Assembly: GCA_044223005.1 (NCBI GenBank)
Contig: JBGAML010000002.1
Coordinates: 96,001-160,000, forward strand
Direction of reading: 5' to 3'
Length of the DNA stretch: 64,000 nucleotides
Source of the DNA: Candidatus Eiseniibacteriota bacterium
Lineage (GTDB): Bacteria; Eisenbacteria; RBG-16-71-46
Shown: positions 50,172-60,602 of the stretch, piece after piece
Layout: every line of letters starts with the position of its first letter
How positions within the stretch are numbered: position 1 is the stretch's first letter
Program-made: the position numbers and the translations under genes
Notes under the pieces: generated by a model
Database searches by the model: none
Told to the model about the DNA's origin: nothing
What the model saw: the letters and a program-made list of their open reading frames with translations, nothing else

Positions 50172-51220
50172 CACCGGCCGCGCCGCGCGGCAATCCGCGG
50201 ACGTACGCCGTCCTGCAGTTCGCCGGCTGGACGGCGTACGCCCTGCTGGGGCTGGTGATCACGCGCCAGTTCCAGGCGCTGACGCCCCGCTACGCCGCGA
50301 CGATCGTGTTCGGGTGCGGGCTCGCGGCCCTGTTCACGCACGCGCTGCGCGCGCTCGCGCACGCACGCGGCTGGTTCGCCCTGCCGCTGCCGGCGCTCGT
50401 GCTGAGGTTCGTCCCGGCCGCGCTGGTCGCCGCGGCACTCGAGGTGGCGATCGTGCTCGTGGCCGGTGTCTGGGGCTTCCGGGCGTACCGCTGGCAGGGG
50501 ACCACCGCCGCGATCCTGCTCGCCGCCTACTTCAACTGGAGCTTCGCGTACCTGCTCTGGCTCGCGTTCTACACCACGGCGGTCGCGTTCCGGCGCTACC
50601 GCTGGGCGGAGATCCGGCGGCTGCAACTCGAGGTCTCGACGCGCGACGCGTAGCTGGACGCGCTCGCCGCGCGCATCCAGCCGCACTTCTTCTTCAACGC
50701 CATGAACGGCCTGCGCTCGCTGATCGCCGAGGATCCCGAGCGCGCGCGCATCATGACGACGCAGATCGCGAACCTCATGCGCTACGCGCTGCAGGCCGGG
50801 CAGCGCGATCGCGTGCGGCTCGCCGATGAACTCGAGGCCGTGCGCGACTACCTCGGCATCGAGGGCGCCCGGCTGGAAGCGCGTCTCGCGTGGACGATCG
50901 CCGCCGACGCCGCCGATCCGGCCGCGCTGCTGCCGCCGATGCTGCTGCAGACGCTGGTCGAGAACGCGATCAAGCATGGGGTCGCGGCGACACGCGAGGG
51001 CGGGGCCGTGCGCATCGAGGCCCGCACGCCGGCCGATGCGCTCGAGCTGGTCGTGGAGAACCCGGGCCGGCTCGCGGCCGTTCCGGGCGAGGGCCACGGC
51101 CTCGCGCTCGTGCGCGAGCGGCTGCGCCTGCTCTACGGAGACGCCGGCTCGCTGGTGCTGCGCGAGGACGCCGGCCGCGTGCTTGCCGAAGTGCGGATCC
51201 CGCTGGAGCGCGCGTCGTGA
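50168..51220 (+). pseudogene. LytS/YehU-type sensor kinase interrupted by an in-frame TAG (50651-50653)
   Basis: TM region, then STRDA*LDALAARIQPHFFFNAMN...LVENAIKHG...GHGL, all in one frame. Start uncertain (no ATG/GTG near the upstream stop). Confidence 0.75.
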
Positions 51221-51921
51221 AGGCGCTGATCGTCGACGACGAGCCGCTCGCGCGCCGCGAGCTGCGGCGGCTGCTCGCGGCGCACCCGGAGGTCGAGATC
51301 GTCGGCGAGGCCGGGGACGCAGCCGAGGCCGCCGAACAGATCGCCTCGCTGGCGCCCGATCTCGTGCTGCTCGACGTCCGCATGCCGGGCCGCGACGGGT
51401 TCGAGCTGCTCGAGTCGCTCGACCATGCGCCGCACGTGGTGTTCACGACGGCGTACGACGACCGCGCGATCGCCGCCTTCGAGGTGGGCGCGGTCGACTA
51501 CCTGCTCAAGCCCGTCGTGCCCGAGCGGCTCGCCGCGGCGATCGCCCGCGTCGAGGAGCGGCTCGCCGGGCCGCGCGTGGCGTGGCTGCCCGCCGACCGG
51601 CCGCTGCTCGTCCGCGACGGCGGCCGCAGCTGGCTGGTCCGGCTGCGCGACGTCGAGGTGTTCGAGGCCTGCGGGAACTACGCGCAGGTCCATTTCGGCG
51701 GCGAGCGGCCGTTGCTCCTGCGATCGCTGCAGCAGCTGGAGGAACGCCTCGATCCCGAGGTGTTCTTCCGCGCGAGCCGCACGCACCTGTTGAACCTCGA
51801 GCACGTCTCGGCGCTCGAGACCGGCGAACGAGGCGAACTCGTGGCGGTGCTCGCGAGTGGCCGCCGCGTGCCGTTCTCGCGCCGCCAGTCGCTCGCGTTC
51901 CGGCGCCGGCGCAGCCTCTGA
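51217..51921 (+). CDS. LytTR family response regulator
   Basis: IVDDEPLAR, LDVRMP, FTTAYD, DYLLKP, FFRASR and SRR. Confidence 0.93.
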   Translation: MKALIVDDEPLARRELRRLLAAHPEVEIVGEAGDAAEAAEQIASLAPDLVLLDVRMPGRDGFELLESLDHAPHVVFTTAYDDRAIAAFEVGAVDYLLKPVVPERLAAAIARVEERLAGPRVAWLPADRPLLVRDGGRSWLVRLRDVEVFEACGNYAQVHFGGERPLLLRSLQQLEERLDPEVFFRASRTHLLNLEHVSALETGERGELVAVLASGRRVPFSRRQSLAFRRRRSL

Positions 51922-52025
51922 GCGCGGCCGCGCGCTCGTCCGATCGCGGTGGCGACACGCAAGAGCCTCGGGCTAGTATGCCTCGGCGGCTTTCACGTCA
52001 CAGCGAACGGAGAGGAGGTGACCCC

Positions 52026-53942
52026 ATGCGACAGGAACGTCTCACGACGCCCTGGGTGCGCGAGAATGGCGCCCTGCGGCCCGCGACCTGGGCCGAGGCC
52101 CTCGAGCGCGCGGCGGCCGGATTCGCCGCGGCGCGCGACCAGGGACCGCAGGCCTTCGGCCTGTTCAGCTGCTCGAAGTCGACCAACGAGATGAACTTCG
52201 CCGCGCAGAAGTTCGCGCGGCAGGTGATGGGCACGAACAACATCGATTCCTGCAACCGAACTTGACACGCTCCCAGCGTCGTCGGTCTGGCGACGGTGTT
52301 CGGTGCGGGCGGCGGCACCAGCTCGTACCGTGAAGTCGAGAGCGCGGACGTCATCGTCCTCTGGGGTTCGAACGCGCGCGAAGCGCACCCCATCTTCTTC
52401 CATCATGTCCTGAAGGGGGTTCACCGGGGCGCGAAGCTGTTCGTCGTCGATCCGCGGCGCACCACCTCCGCGCAGTGGGCGGACGCGTGGCTCGGCCTCG
52501 GCGTCGGCACCGACATCGCGCTTTCCAACACGATCGCGCGCGAGATCCTCGCGGCCGGCCTCGAGCACCGCGAGTTCGTCGCGCGCGCCACGACGAACTT
52601 CGAGGCGTACCGGGCATCCGTGCAGCCGTGGACGCTCGAGCGTGGCGCGGCGGTCACCGGCGTGCCCGCGGAGCGCATCCGCGAACTGGCGCACGCGTAC
52701 GCGCGCGCGCCGCACGCGCAGCTCTGCTGGACGCTCGGCATCACCGAGCACCACAACGCCGTCGACAACGTGCTCGCGCTGATCAACCTCGCGCTGCTCT
52801 GCGGTCACGTGGGCCGCCGCGGTTCGGGGGTGCAGCCGCTGCGCGGGCAGAACAACGTGCAGGGCGGCGGCGACATGGGCGCGATCCCGAACAAGCTGCC
52901 CGGTTTCCAGGACATCGAGAAGGACGCCACCGCGCGCGCGAAGTTCGAGGCCGCGTGGAGCACGCGCATCGTCCCGAAGTACGGCATGCACCTGACCGCG
53001 ATGTTCGAGGCGATGGAGCACGGCACCCTGAAGAGCGCGTGGATCATCGGCGAGAATCCCGCGCAGTCCGAGGCCGACGGCCAGCGCTGCCGCCGTCTGC
53101 TTTCGAGTCTCGACCACCTCGTCGTCTCCGACCTCGTGATGACCGCGACCGCCGAGCTCGCGCACGTCGTGCTGCCGTCGGCCGCCGGCTGGTGCGAGAG
53201 CGAGGGCACGGTCACCTCCAGCGAGCGGCGCGTGCAGCGCGTGCGCAAGGCGCTCGAGCCGCCGGCCGGTGCGCGTGACGACATCGACGTGATCGCCGAA
53301 ATGGCGCGACGGCTCGGCCGCGACTGGGGCCACCCGACGCCGGAGCAGCTGTGGAACGAACTGCGCGCGCTCTCGCCGATGCACGCGGGCATGAGCTGGG
53401 CGCGGCTCGAAGCACTGGGCGGCATCGCGTGGCCGTGCCCGGACGAGCAGAGCCCGGGGGCGGAGTTCCTGCACGGCCGCCTGTGGGAGGCCGATCCCGC
53501 GAAACGCGGCGAGCCCGCGCCGTTCTCGGTCGTCGAGGACGAGGGTCCCGTCGACGCGCTCTCGCCCGAGTTCCCGCTGCGGCTCACGACGGGACGCCGG
53601 CTCGATTCGTTCAACACCGGCGTGCAGACACGCGCGTACGCGTCACCCAACCGCAACGACCATCCGCTGTTCCTCGCGCCCGAGGACGCCACCGCGCTCG
53701 GCGTGGGCGAGGGCGAACGCGTGCGCGTGGTCTCGCGCCGCGGCGCGATCGAGACCGTGGTCGCCGTGGACGAGACGCTGTGGCCGGGGCTCGCGTTCAT
53801 GACCCCGCACGCGCCGGATCTCGCCGACACCAACGTGCTGACGATCGACGCGACCGACCCGAAGGCGGGCACGGCCGAGTTCAAGGCCAGCGCCATCCGC
53901 GTCGAGCCGCTCGCGGCCGCGACGCGGACGCGAAAGGACTGA
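52026..53942 (+). CDS. fdhA: Formate dehydrogenase catalytic (Mo/W-bisPGD) subunit, selenoprotein (UGA=Sec at 52263-52265)
   Basis: GGAGG RBS and ATG 52026. NNIDSCNRT-TGA-HAPSVVGL continues in frame into PLRGQNNVQG and TTGR; the TGA occupies the Cys/Sec metal-ligand position. Confidence 0.9.
52277..52295 (+). promoter_or_regulatory. Bacterial SECIS element
   Basis: Stem cgtcgtc / ggcgacg with a GGTCT loop, starting 11 nt after the TGA; resembles the E. coli fdhF SECIS. Confidence 0.75.
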
Positions 53943-53943
53943 C

Positions 53944-55787
<1,844 letters not shown>

Positions 55788-55791
<4 letters not shown>

Positions 55792-56726
55792 GCGCCCCGA
55801 CCCGCACGATCGCGATCACCGTCGACGGCGCGCCCGTGCGCGTGCCCGAAGGCGCCACGCTGCTCGAGGCGCTGCGCTCGGTCGGCGTGGACACGCCGAC
55901 GCTCTGCTTCCTCGAGACGCTCACGCCCGTCAACGTCTGTCGTGTGTGCGTGGTCGAGGTGGAGGGCTCGCGCGCGCTGGTGCCCTCGTGTTCGCGCCAC
56001 GCCGAGGAGGGCATGGTCGTCCACACCGACTCCGGCCGCGTGCGGCACGCGCGCAAGCTCGTGTTCGAGATGCTCGGCTCCTCGGTGGATCTCTCGCGCT
56101 GCGGCGCCGACGTCACACGCTGGATGTCGCGCTACGGCGCCGAGCCCGCACGCTTCGGCACTCCCGCGCCGGCGGCCGCCGCGGGCGTCCGCGACGCGGC
56201 GCACGCCGGACACCATCCCGTGCCCGACGCCGCGCGGGCACAGAACGTGTCGCAGCCCGTCAAGATCGACAACGAGCTCTACGTGCGCGACTACGCGCGC
56301 TGCATCCTCTGCTACAAGTGCGTCGAGGCGTGCGGCGAGGACGCGCAGAACACGTTCGCGATCGCCGTCGCCGGGCGCGGGTTCGACGCGCGCATCTCGA
56401 CCGAGTTCGCGGTTCCGCTCACGGATTCGGCGTGCGTCTACTGCGGCAATTGCATCGGCGTCTGTCCCACGGGCGCACTCGTGCCCAAGCGCGAGCACGA
56501 CCTGCGCGTCGCGGGCGAGTGGGACGAGTCGAAGCAGACCGTGACGCGCACCGTGTGCACCTATTGCGGCGTCGGCTGCAACCTCGAGCTGCACGTGCAG
56601 GACAACACGATCGTCAAGGTCACTTCGCCCATGGACCACGACGTCACGAACGGCCACCTGTGCATCAAGGGCCGGTTCGGTTTCGAGTTCGTGCAGGTGC
56701 GCGAGAAGGGCGAGGGGCATTCGTGA
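55788..56726 (+). CDS. Fe-S subunit (2Fe-2S, 2x 4Fe-4S ferredoxin, C-terminal Molybdop_Fe4S4 domain)
   Basis: PTLC..CRVC..PSC; CILCYKC; CVYCGNCIGVCP; CTYCGVGC...LCIKGRFG. Confidence 0.92.
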
Positions 56727-57322
56727 GGATCGAGGCGAAGACGCCGAAGGAGTACCTCGCCGCGCTGCCGGCCGATCGCCGCGAGGCGATCGCGACGCTG
56801 CGCGATCTCGTGAACGCGAACCTGCCGAAGGGCTATCGCGAGACGATCGGCTACGGGATGATCGCCTGGGTGGTGCCGCTCGAGACCTGCCCGGACACGT
56901 ACAACGGCGATGCCCTCGTCTACGCGGGACTCGCGAGCCAGAAGCAGTCCATGTCGCTCTACCTGATGACCGTCTACGGCGACCCGGCGACCGAGAAGCG
57001 CTTCCGGGACGCGTTCGCGAAGGCCGGCAAGAAGCTCGACATGGGCAAGTCGTGCGTGCGCTTCCGCTCGCGGGACGCGCTGCACCTGCCGGCGGTCGCC
57101 GACGCGATTCGCTGCTGCTCCGTGACCGAGTACGTGCGCCGCGCCAGAGCCGCATGGGATCCCGCGAACAAGCGGGCACGCCGCGAGGCCGCGGCGAAGG
57201 CGAAGGGCACCGGGAAGGCGAAGCCGGCCGCGACGAAGCGGGCCGCCGCGAAGGCGAAGCCCACCGCGAAGAAGAAAGCCGCGCGCCAGCGCGACGTCCG
57301 CGCCGCGCGCGGCGGACGCTGA
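56723..57322 (+). CDS. DUF1801 (YdhG-like) protein with a Lys/Ala-rich tail
   Basis: LASQKQSMSLY and LDMGKSCVRF, then an AKAK-rich C-terminus. Confidence 0.8.
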   Translation: MRIEAKTPKEYLAALPADRREAIATLRDLVNANLPKGYRETIGYGMIAWVVPLETCPDTYNGDALVYAGLASQKQSMSLYLMTVYGDPATEKRFRDAFAKAGKKLDMGKSCVRFRSRDALHLPAVADAIRCCSVTEYVRRARAAWDPANKRARREAAAKAKGTGKAKPAATKRAAAKAKPTAKKKAARQRDVRAARGGR

Positions 57323-57334
57323 CGCCGAAGGCCT

Positions 57335-57378
57335 GAAACGACGCGGGGCCGGGATCGCTCCCGGCCCCGCGTCGTTTC
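57335..57378. terminator. Bidirectional hairpin terminator (20-bp perfect stem)
   Basis: gaaacgacgcggggccggga-tcgc-tcccggccccgcgtcgtttc. Confidence 0.75.
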
Positions 57379-57389
57379 GCATCGTGTCG

Positions 57390-58316
57390 CTACCAGCGCG
57401 GCGGCTGCGCGAAGCCGACCTCGCCGCGGTCCCGCTCGCGCACCCGGTCGCGGTCCGGGAAGATCCCGAGCGCCCGCAGGCCCGACGCGTACTCGTAGCG
57501 GAACGTGATCCGGTCGGTCGCCGTGCGCTGCGCGGTGAACTCGACCTGCTGCACCGGGTCGCTGCGGTGGTCACCCCAGCCCGTCCCGGGAACCGCTTCG
57601 TTCTGCGCCATCCCGCCCTCGGCCGCCTGCTTGCGCAGCGCGTCCGTCTTCATGGGCGCCTGGGCCTCGCTGCGGCCCGCGGTCGGCGCCGGGGGCGCCG
57701 CCTGCGGCGCCGCGCCTCGCTCGTCGCGCGCCTCGGGCCGGTCGTCGAAGCCCTGCCGACGCTCGCCTTCGTACGTGCGGGCGCGGGGGCGGACTTCCCA
57801 CCACGGCCGCTGCTCCTGGTAGGCGAGCACGCGGATCCAGCCCATGTCGCCGTTCGCCTGGCCCGTGCGCGAGGCGTAGCTGCGTTCCTCGTCCACGAAC
57901 ACGAAGCGGCGGATGTCGTCGAGCGACGTGCGCCAGCCGCGGATCGTCGCCGATTCGTAGGGCCCGAGCACGTACATCGGCTCGCTCGAGGCGAGGCGCG
58001 ACCGTTCACCGTTCACCACGTTGAGACCGTCGACGGCGATCAGGACGCCGACCCGCTGTCCCGTCGTGTTGCGGAGGACGAGCGAGTAGTTGCGGCCCGC
58101 GAACGCCTGGAAGTAGTGGCGATCGTCACCACGCGGCGAGTCGTAGAGCGCCGAGGCGCGGCCGTCGACCTGCACCTGTACGTCGACGATGCGGCCGTCG
58201 GCCCAGGTGTCGCTCGCCCAGACGTAGGCGCGGGCGGGAGAGGCCAGCGCCAGGGCGACGGCGGTCGCGGCCAGCGCGGCGGTCAGCGTCGGGTACACCT
58301 TCTTCGGGGTCAGCAT
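57390..58316 (-). CDS. Exported hypothetical protein
   Basis: AAGGAG RBS, signal peptide, globular region (VDGLNVVNG, IRGWR, SYASRTG, GTGWG). Confidence 0.75.
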   Translation of the reverse strand: MLTPKKVYPTLTAALAATAVALALASPARAYVWASDTWADGRIVDVQVQVDGRASALYDSPRGDDRHYFQAFAGRNYSLVLRNTTGQRVGVLIAVDGLNVVNGERSRLASSEPMYVLGPYESATIRGWRTSLDDIRRFVFVDEERSYASRTGQANGDMGWIRVLAYQEQRPWWEVRPRARTYEGERRQGFDDRPEARDERGAAPQAAPPAPTAGRSEAQAPMKTDALRKQAAEGGMAQNEAVPGTGWGDHRSDPVQQVEFTAQRTATDRITFRYEYASGLRALGIFPDRDRVRERDRGEVGFAQPPRW

Positions 58317-58363
58317 GGCGTTGCTCCTTTCCCGGAGGGTTGGTGGCGTTCCGGTTCGAGAAG

Positions 58364-58392
58364 AGGTACGCCGGCCACGCGTGGCTATTCCC
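58364..58392 (-). promoter_or_regulatory. Putative ECF promoter GGGAATAGC-N9-CCGGCGTACCT
   Basis: A near-identical motif occurs at 63404-63432; both lie upstream of exported-protein genes. Confidence 0.6.
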
Positions 58393-58614
58393 GTCCGCCG
58401 CGAACGGCCTCGCATTCGCCCGCAACCCCGGCAACGGGGCCCGGTTACGGGGGCGCCTTTCGGATACCTCCCGCCGGGGATCGCGGCTTGGTAGGTATCG
58501 CAGGTATCCAAGCCCGGGCCTCACGGCTCCGGGGCCCCGGCGCTGCCGCGTGTTCTGCACGAACGCGGCGCGCTCCCGACCTCGACATCCATCCACAGTC
58601 GTGAGGTGTCCACG

Positions 58615-59787
58615 ATGGACCACCATTTGACCGAAGAGCAGCGCACCATCCGCGATCTCGCGCGCACGATCGCCGAGGAGAAGGTGAAGCCCGTCCGCGC
58701 CAAGTACGACGAGGACGGCATCTTCCCCTGGGACATCGTGCAGGAACTGGCGAAGGTCGACCTGTTCCGCGTGTTCATCCCGACCGAGTACGACGGCCTC
58801 TGCGAGAGCGGCTACGGCGTCACGAACATGTGCCTCGTGACCGAGGAGCTCTCGAAGGCCTGCGCCGGCATCGCGCTCGCGTTCGCCGGCACCGCGCTCG
58901 GGACGTTCCCGATCCTGCTGCACGGTTCGGAAGAGCAGAAGAAGAAGTACCTGCCGCAGATCGCTTCGGGCAAGAAGCTCGCCGCGTTCGGTCTCACCGA
59001 ACCGCAGGCCGGCTCGGATGCCAGCGCGCAGCGCACGACCGCGCGCAAGGAAGGCGACGAGTACGTCTTGAACGGCACCAAGGTGTTCATCACCAACGGC
59101 GGCGAGGCCGAGATCTACACCACGGTGGCGCTCACGGACCCCAAGAAGGGCGCGCGCGGCGCCTCGTGCTTCATCATCGAGAAGGGCACGCCCGGGTTCT
59201 CGTTCGGCAAGAAGGAACACAAGATGGGCATCAAGGCCTCGGTGACGAGCGAACTCGTGTTCAACGAGGCGCGCATCCCCGCGGCCAACCTGCTCGGGCG
59301 CGAAGGCATGGGCTTCCTGGTCGCGATGAAGACGTTCGACATCACGCGCCCCGGCGTGGCGGCGCAGGCGCTCGGGATCGCCGAGGGCGCGATGCAGGAG
59401 GCGCTCAAGTACGCGCACTCGCGCCACCAGTTCGACCAGAGCATCCTCAACTTCCAGGGCCTGCAGTGGATGCTCGCCGACATGGCCACCGAGACCGAGG
59501 CGGCCAAGGCGCTCATCTACTCGCTCGCCGCGCGCATCGACTCGGGCGACACGAAGGACATCGCGCACCTCTCGGCGATGACCAAGCTCTACGCGTCGGA
59601 CGTGGCGATGAAGGTCACGACGAACGCCGTGCAGGTGCTCGGGGGCTACGGCTACATGACCGAGTACCCGGTCGAGAAGATGATGCGCGACGCGAAGATC
59701 ACGCAGATCTACGAAGGCACGAACCAGATCCAGCGCAACGTGATCGGCTCGTGGCTCATGAAGGAAGCGGGCCGCCTCGCGGTCTGA
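58615..59787 (+). CDS. Acyl-CoA dehydrogenase
   Basis: FGLTEPQAGSD, NGTKVFITNG, KMGI, GGYGY and IYEGTNQIQR. Alternative start GTG 58606. Confidence 0.94.
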   Translation: MDHHLTEEQRTIRDLARTIAEEKVKPVRAKYDEDGIFPWDIVQELAKVDLFRVFIPTEYDGLCESGYGVTNMCLVTEELSKACAGIALAFAGTALGTFPILLHGSEEQKKKYLPQIASGKKLAAFGLTEPQAGSDASAQRTTARKEGDEYVLNGTKVFITNGGEAEIYTTVALTDPKKGARGASCFIIEKGTPGFSFGKKEHKMGIKASVTSELVFNEARIPAANLLGREGMGFLVAMKTFDITRPGVAAQALGIAEGAMQEALKYAHSRHQFDQSILNFQGLQWMLADMATETEAAKALIYSLAARIDSGDTKDIAHLSAMTKLYASDVAMKVTTNAVQVLGGYGYMTEYPVEKMMRDAKITQIYEGTNQIQRNVIGSWLMKEAGRLAV

Positions 59788-59805
59788 ACGGCCCCGCACG
59801 CGAAA

Positions 59806-59842
59806 CACGACGGGCTCCCGGCGATGCCGGGAGCCCGTCGTG
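59806..59842. terminator. Bidirectional hairpin between the acyl-CoA dehydrogenase and pilin genes
   Basis: cacgacgggctcccggc-gat-gccgggagcccgtcgtg. Confidence 0.7.
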
Positions 59843-59858
59843 CGTGCGGCCCGCGCGG

Positions 59859-60299
59859 TCAGTTGCCGCTGAGGAGGTGCAGCGAGAGCGCGCCGTTCGT
59901 GCCGTGCCCGGCGATGCAGTACTGGAACGTCGCGCTGTCGGCGTACGCCACGATGCCGCTCACGGCGGAGCCGGTCCCCATGGTCGGGGAGTACGCGGCG
60001 ACGTCCTTCCACGCCACGCCGTCGCCCGTGCCGCGCGTGAACGGGTTGCGGAAGTTGTCGCCACCCGCGGGGAGCAGCGTCGCGACGCCGCCGGCCGTGG
60101 AGGCGTACATGCCGTCGTTCTGGACGCCGTAGTCCTCGGCCGTGAGCTGGAACGTGTGCATGTTCGCCTTCGTCGAGCCTTCCTTCGCGCGGTTCTGCAT
60201 GGCGATGAAGTTCGGGATCGCGATGGCGGCGAGGATGCCGATGATCACGACCACGATCATCAGCTCGATCAGCGTGAAGCCACGAGAACCGCGGGCCAT
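59859..60299 (-). CDS. Type IV pilin-like protein
   Basis: Class III signal MARGSRG|FTLIELMIVVVIIGILAAIAIP. GAGGAGG RBS. Confidence 0.92.
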   Translation of the reverse strand: MARGSRGFTLIELMIVVVIIGILAAIAIPNFIAMQNRAKEGSTKANMHTFQLTAEDYGVQNDGMYASTAGGVATLLPAGGDNFRNPFTRGTGDGVAWKDVAAYSPTMGTGSAVSGIVAYADSATFQYCIAGHGTNGALSLHLLSGN

Positions 60300-60344
60300 G
60301 CGCGCCTCCTCTCCGGGGACGAAGGGGTCCTGCGGAAGGTCAAC

Positions 60345-60359
60345 GCACCTCGCGTGCCA
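60345..60359 (-). promoter_or_regulatory. Putative sigma-54 promoter of the pilin gene
   Basis: The minus strand reads TGGCAC-GCGAG-GTGC with correct GG-N10-GC spacing, about 45 nt upstream of the ATG. Confidence 0.55.
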
Positions 60360-60602
60360 GCGGCCGGCCGCGCGCACGCCGCGGTCTCCCACGAGCGAAA
60401 TGCGCGTGAGCACACGGACTCGGCCGGCGACCGGCCACGCGCCGGGGGCCGGCCCGGCGTGCGGAATGCCCGGCCCGGGCTCGCGACCGTGCGATCGGCA
60501 AATCGGCGGCGAGCCGCGGGCGAGCCGCCCCGGCGCGGCCGCGCGCGCTGCGCTGGCCGCGCCGCCGTGACCGCGCACGGCGCTTGGTGCATGATCGCGC
60601 CG

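Noticed and set aside
50651..50653. Pyrrolysine or amber-Sec recoding in the LytS gene
   Set aside because: The position is a non-catalytic E/Q site, no SECIS-like hairpin is evident, no pyl genes are in the window, and TAG is a normal stop in several genes here.
51930..51945. Single GCTCGTCC half-site upstream of the FDH operon as a LytTR box
   Set aside because: Only one partial copy, with no paired repeat.
50826..52265. 479-aa ORF ending at the FDH TGA, and a separate 548-aa ORF from 52296
   Set aside because: Artefact of treating the Sec codon as a stop. The real gene starts at ATG 52026 after a GGAGG RBS.
58830..60602. Apparent 1516-aa kinase with a long N-terminal extension
   Set aside because: The extension overlaps the acyl-CoA dehydrogenase and pilin genes in other frames. 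The kinase starts near 60591-60603.
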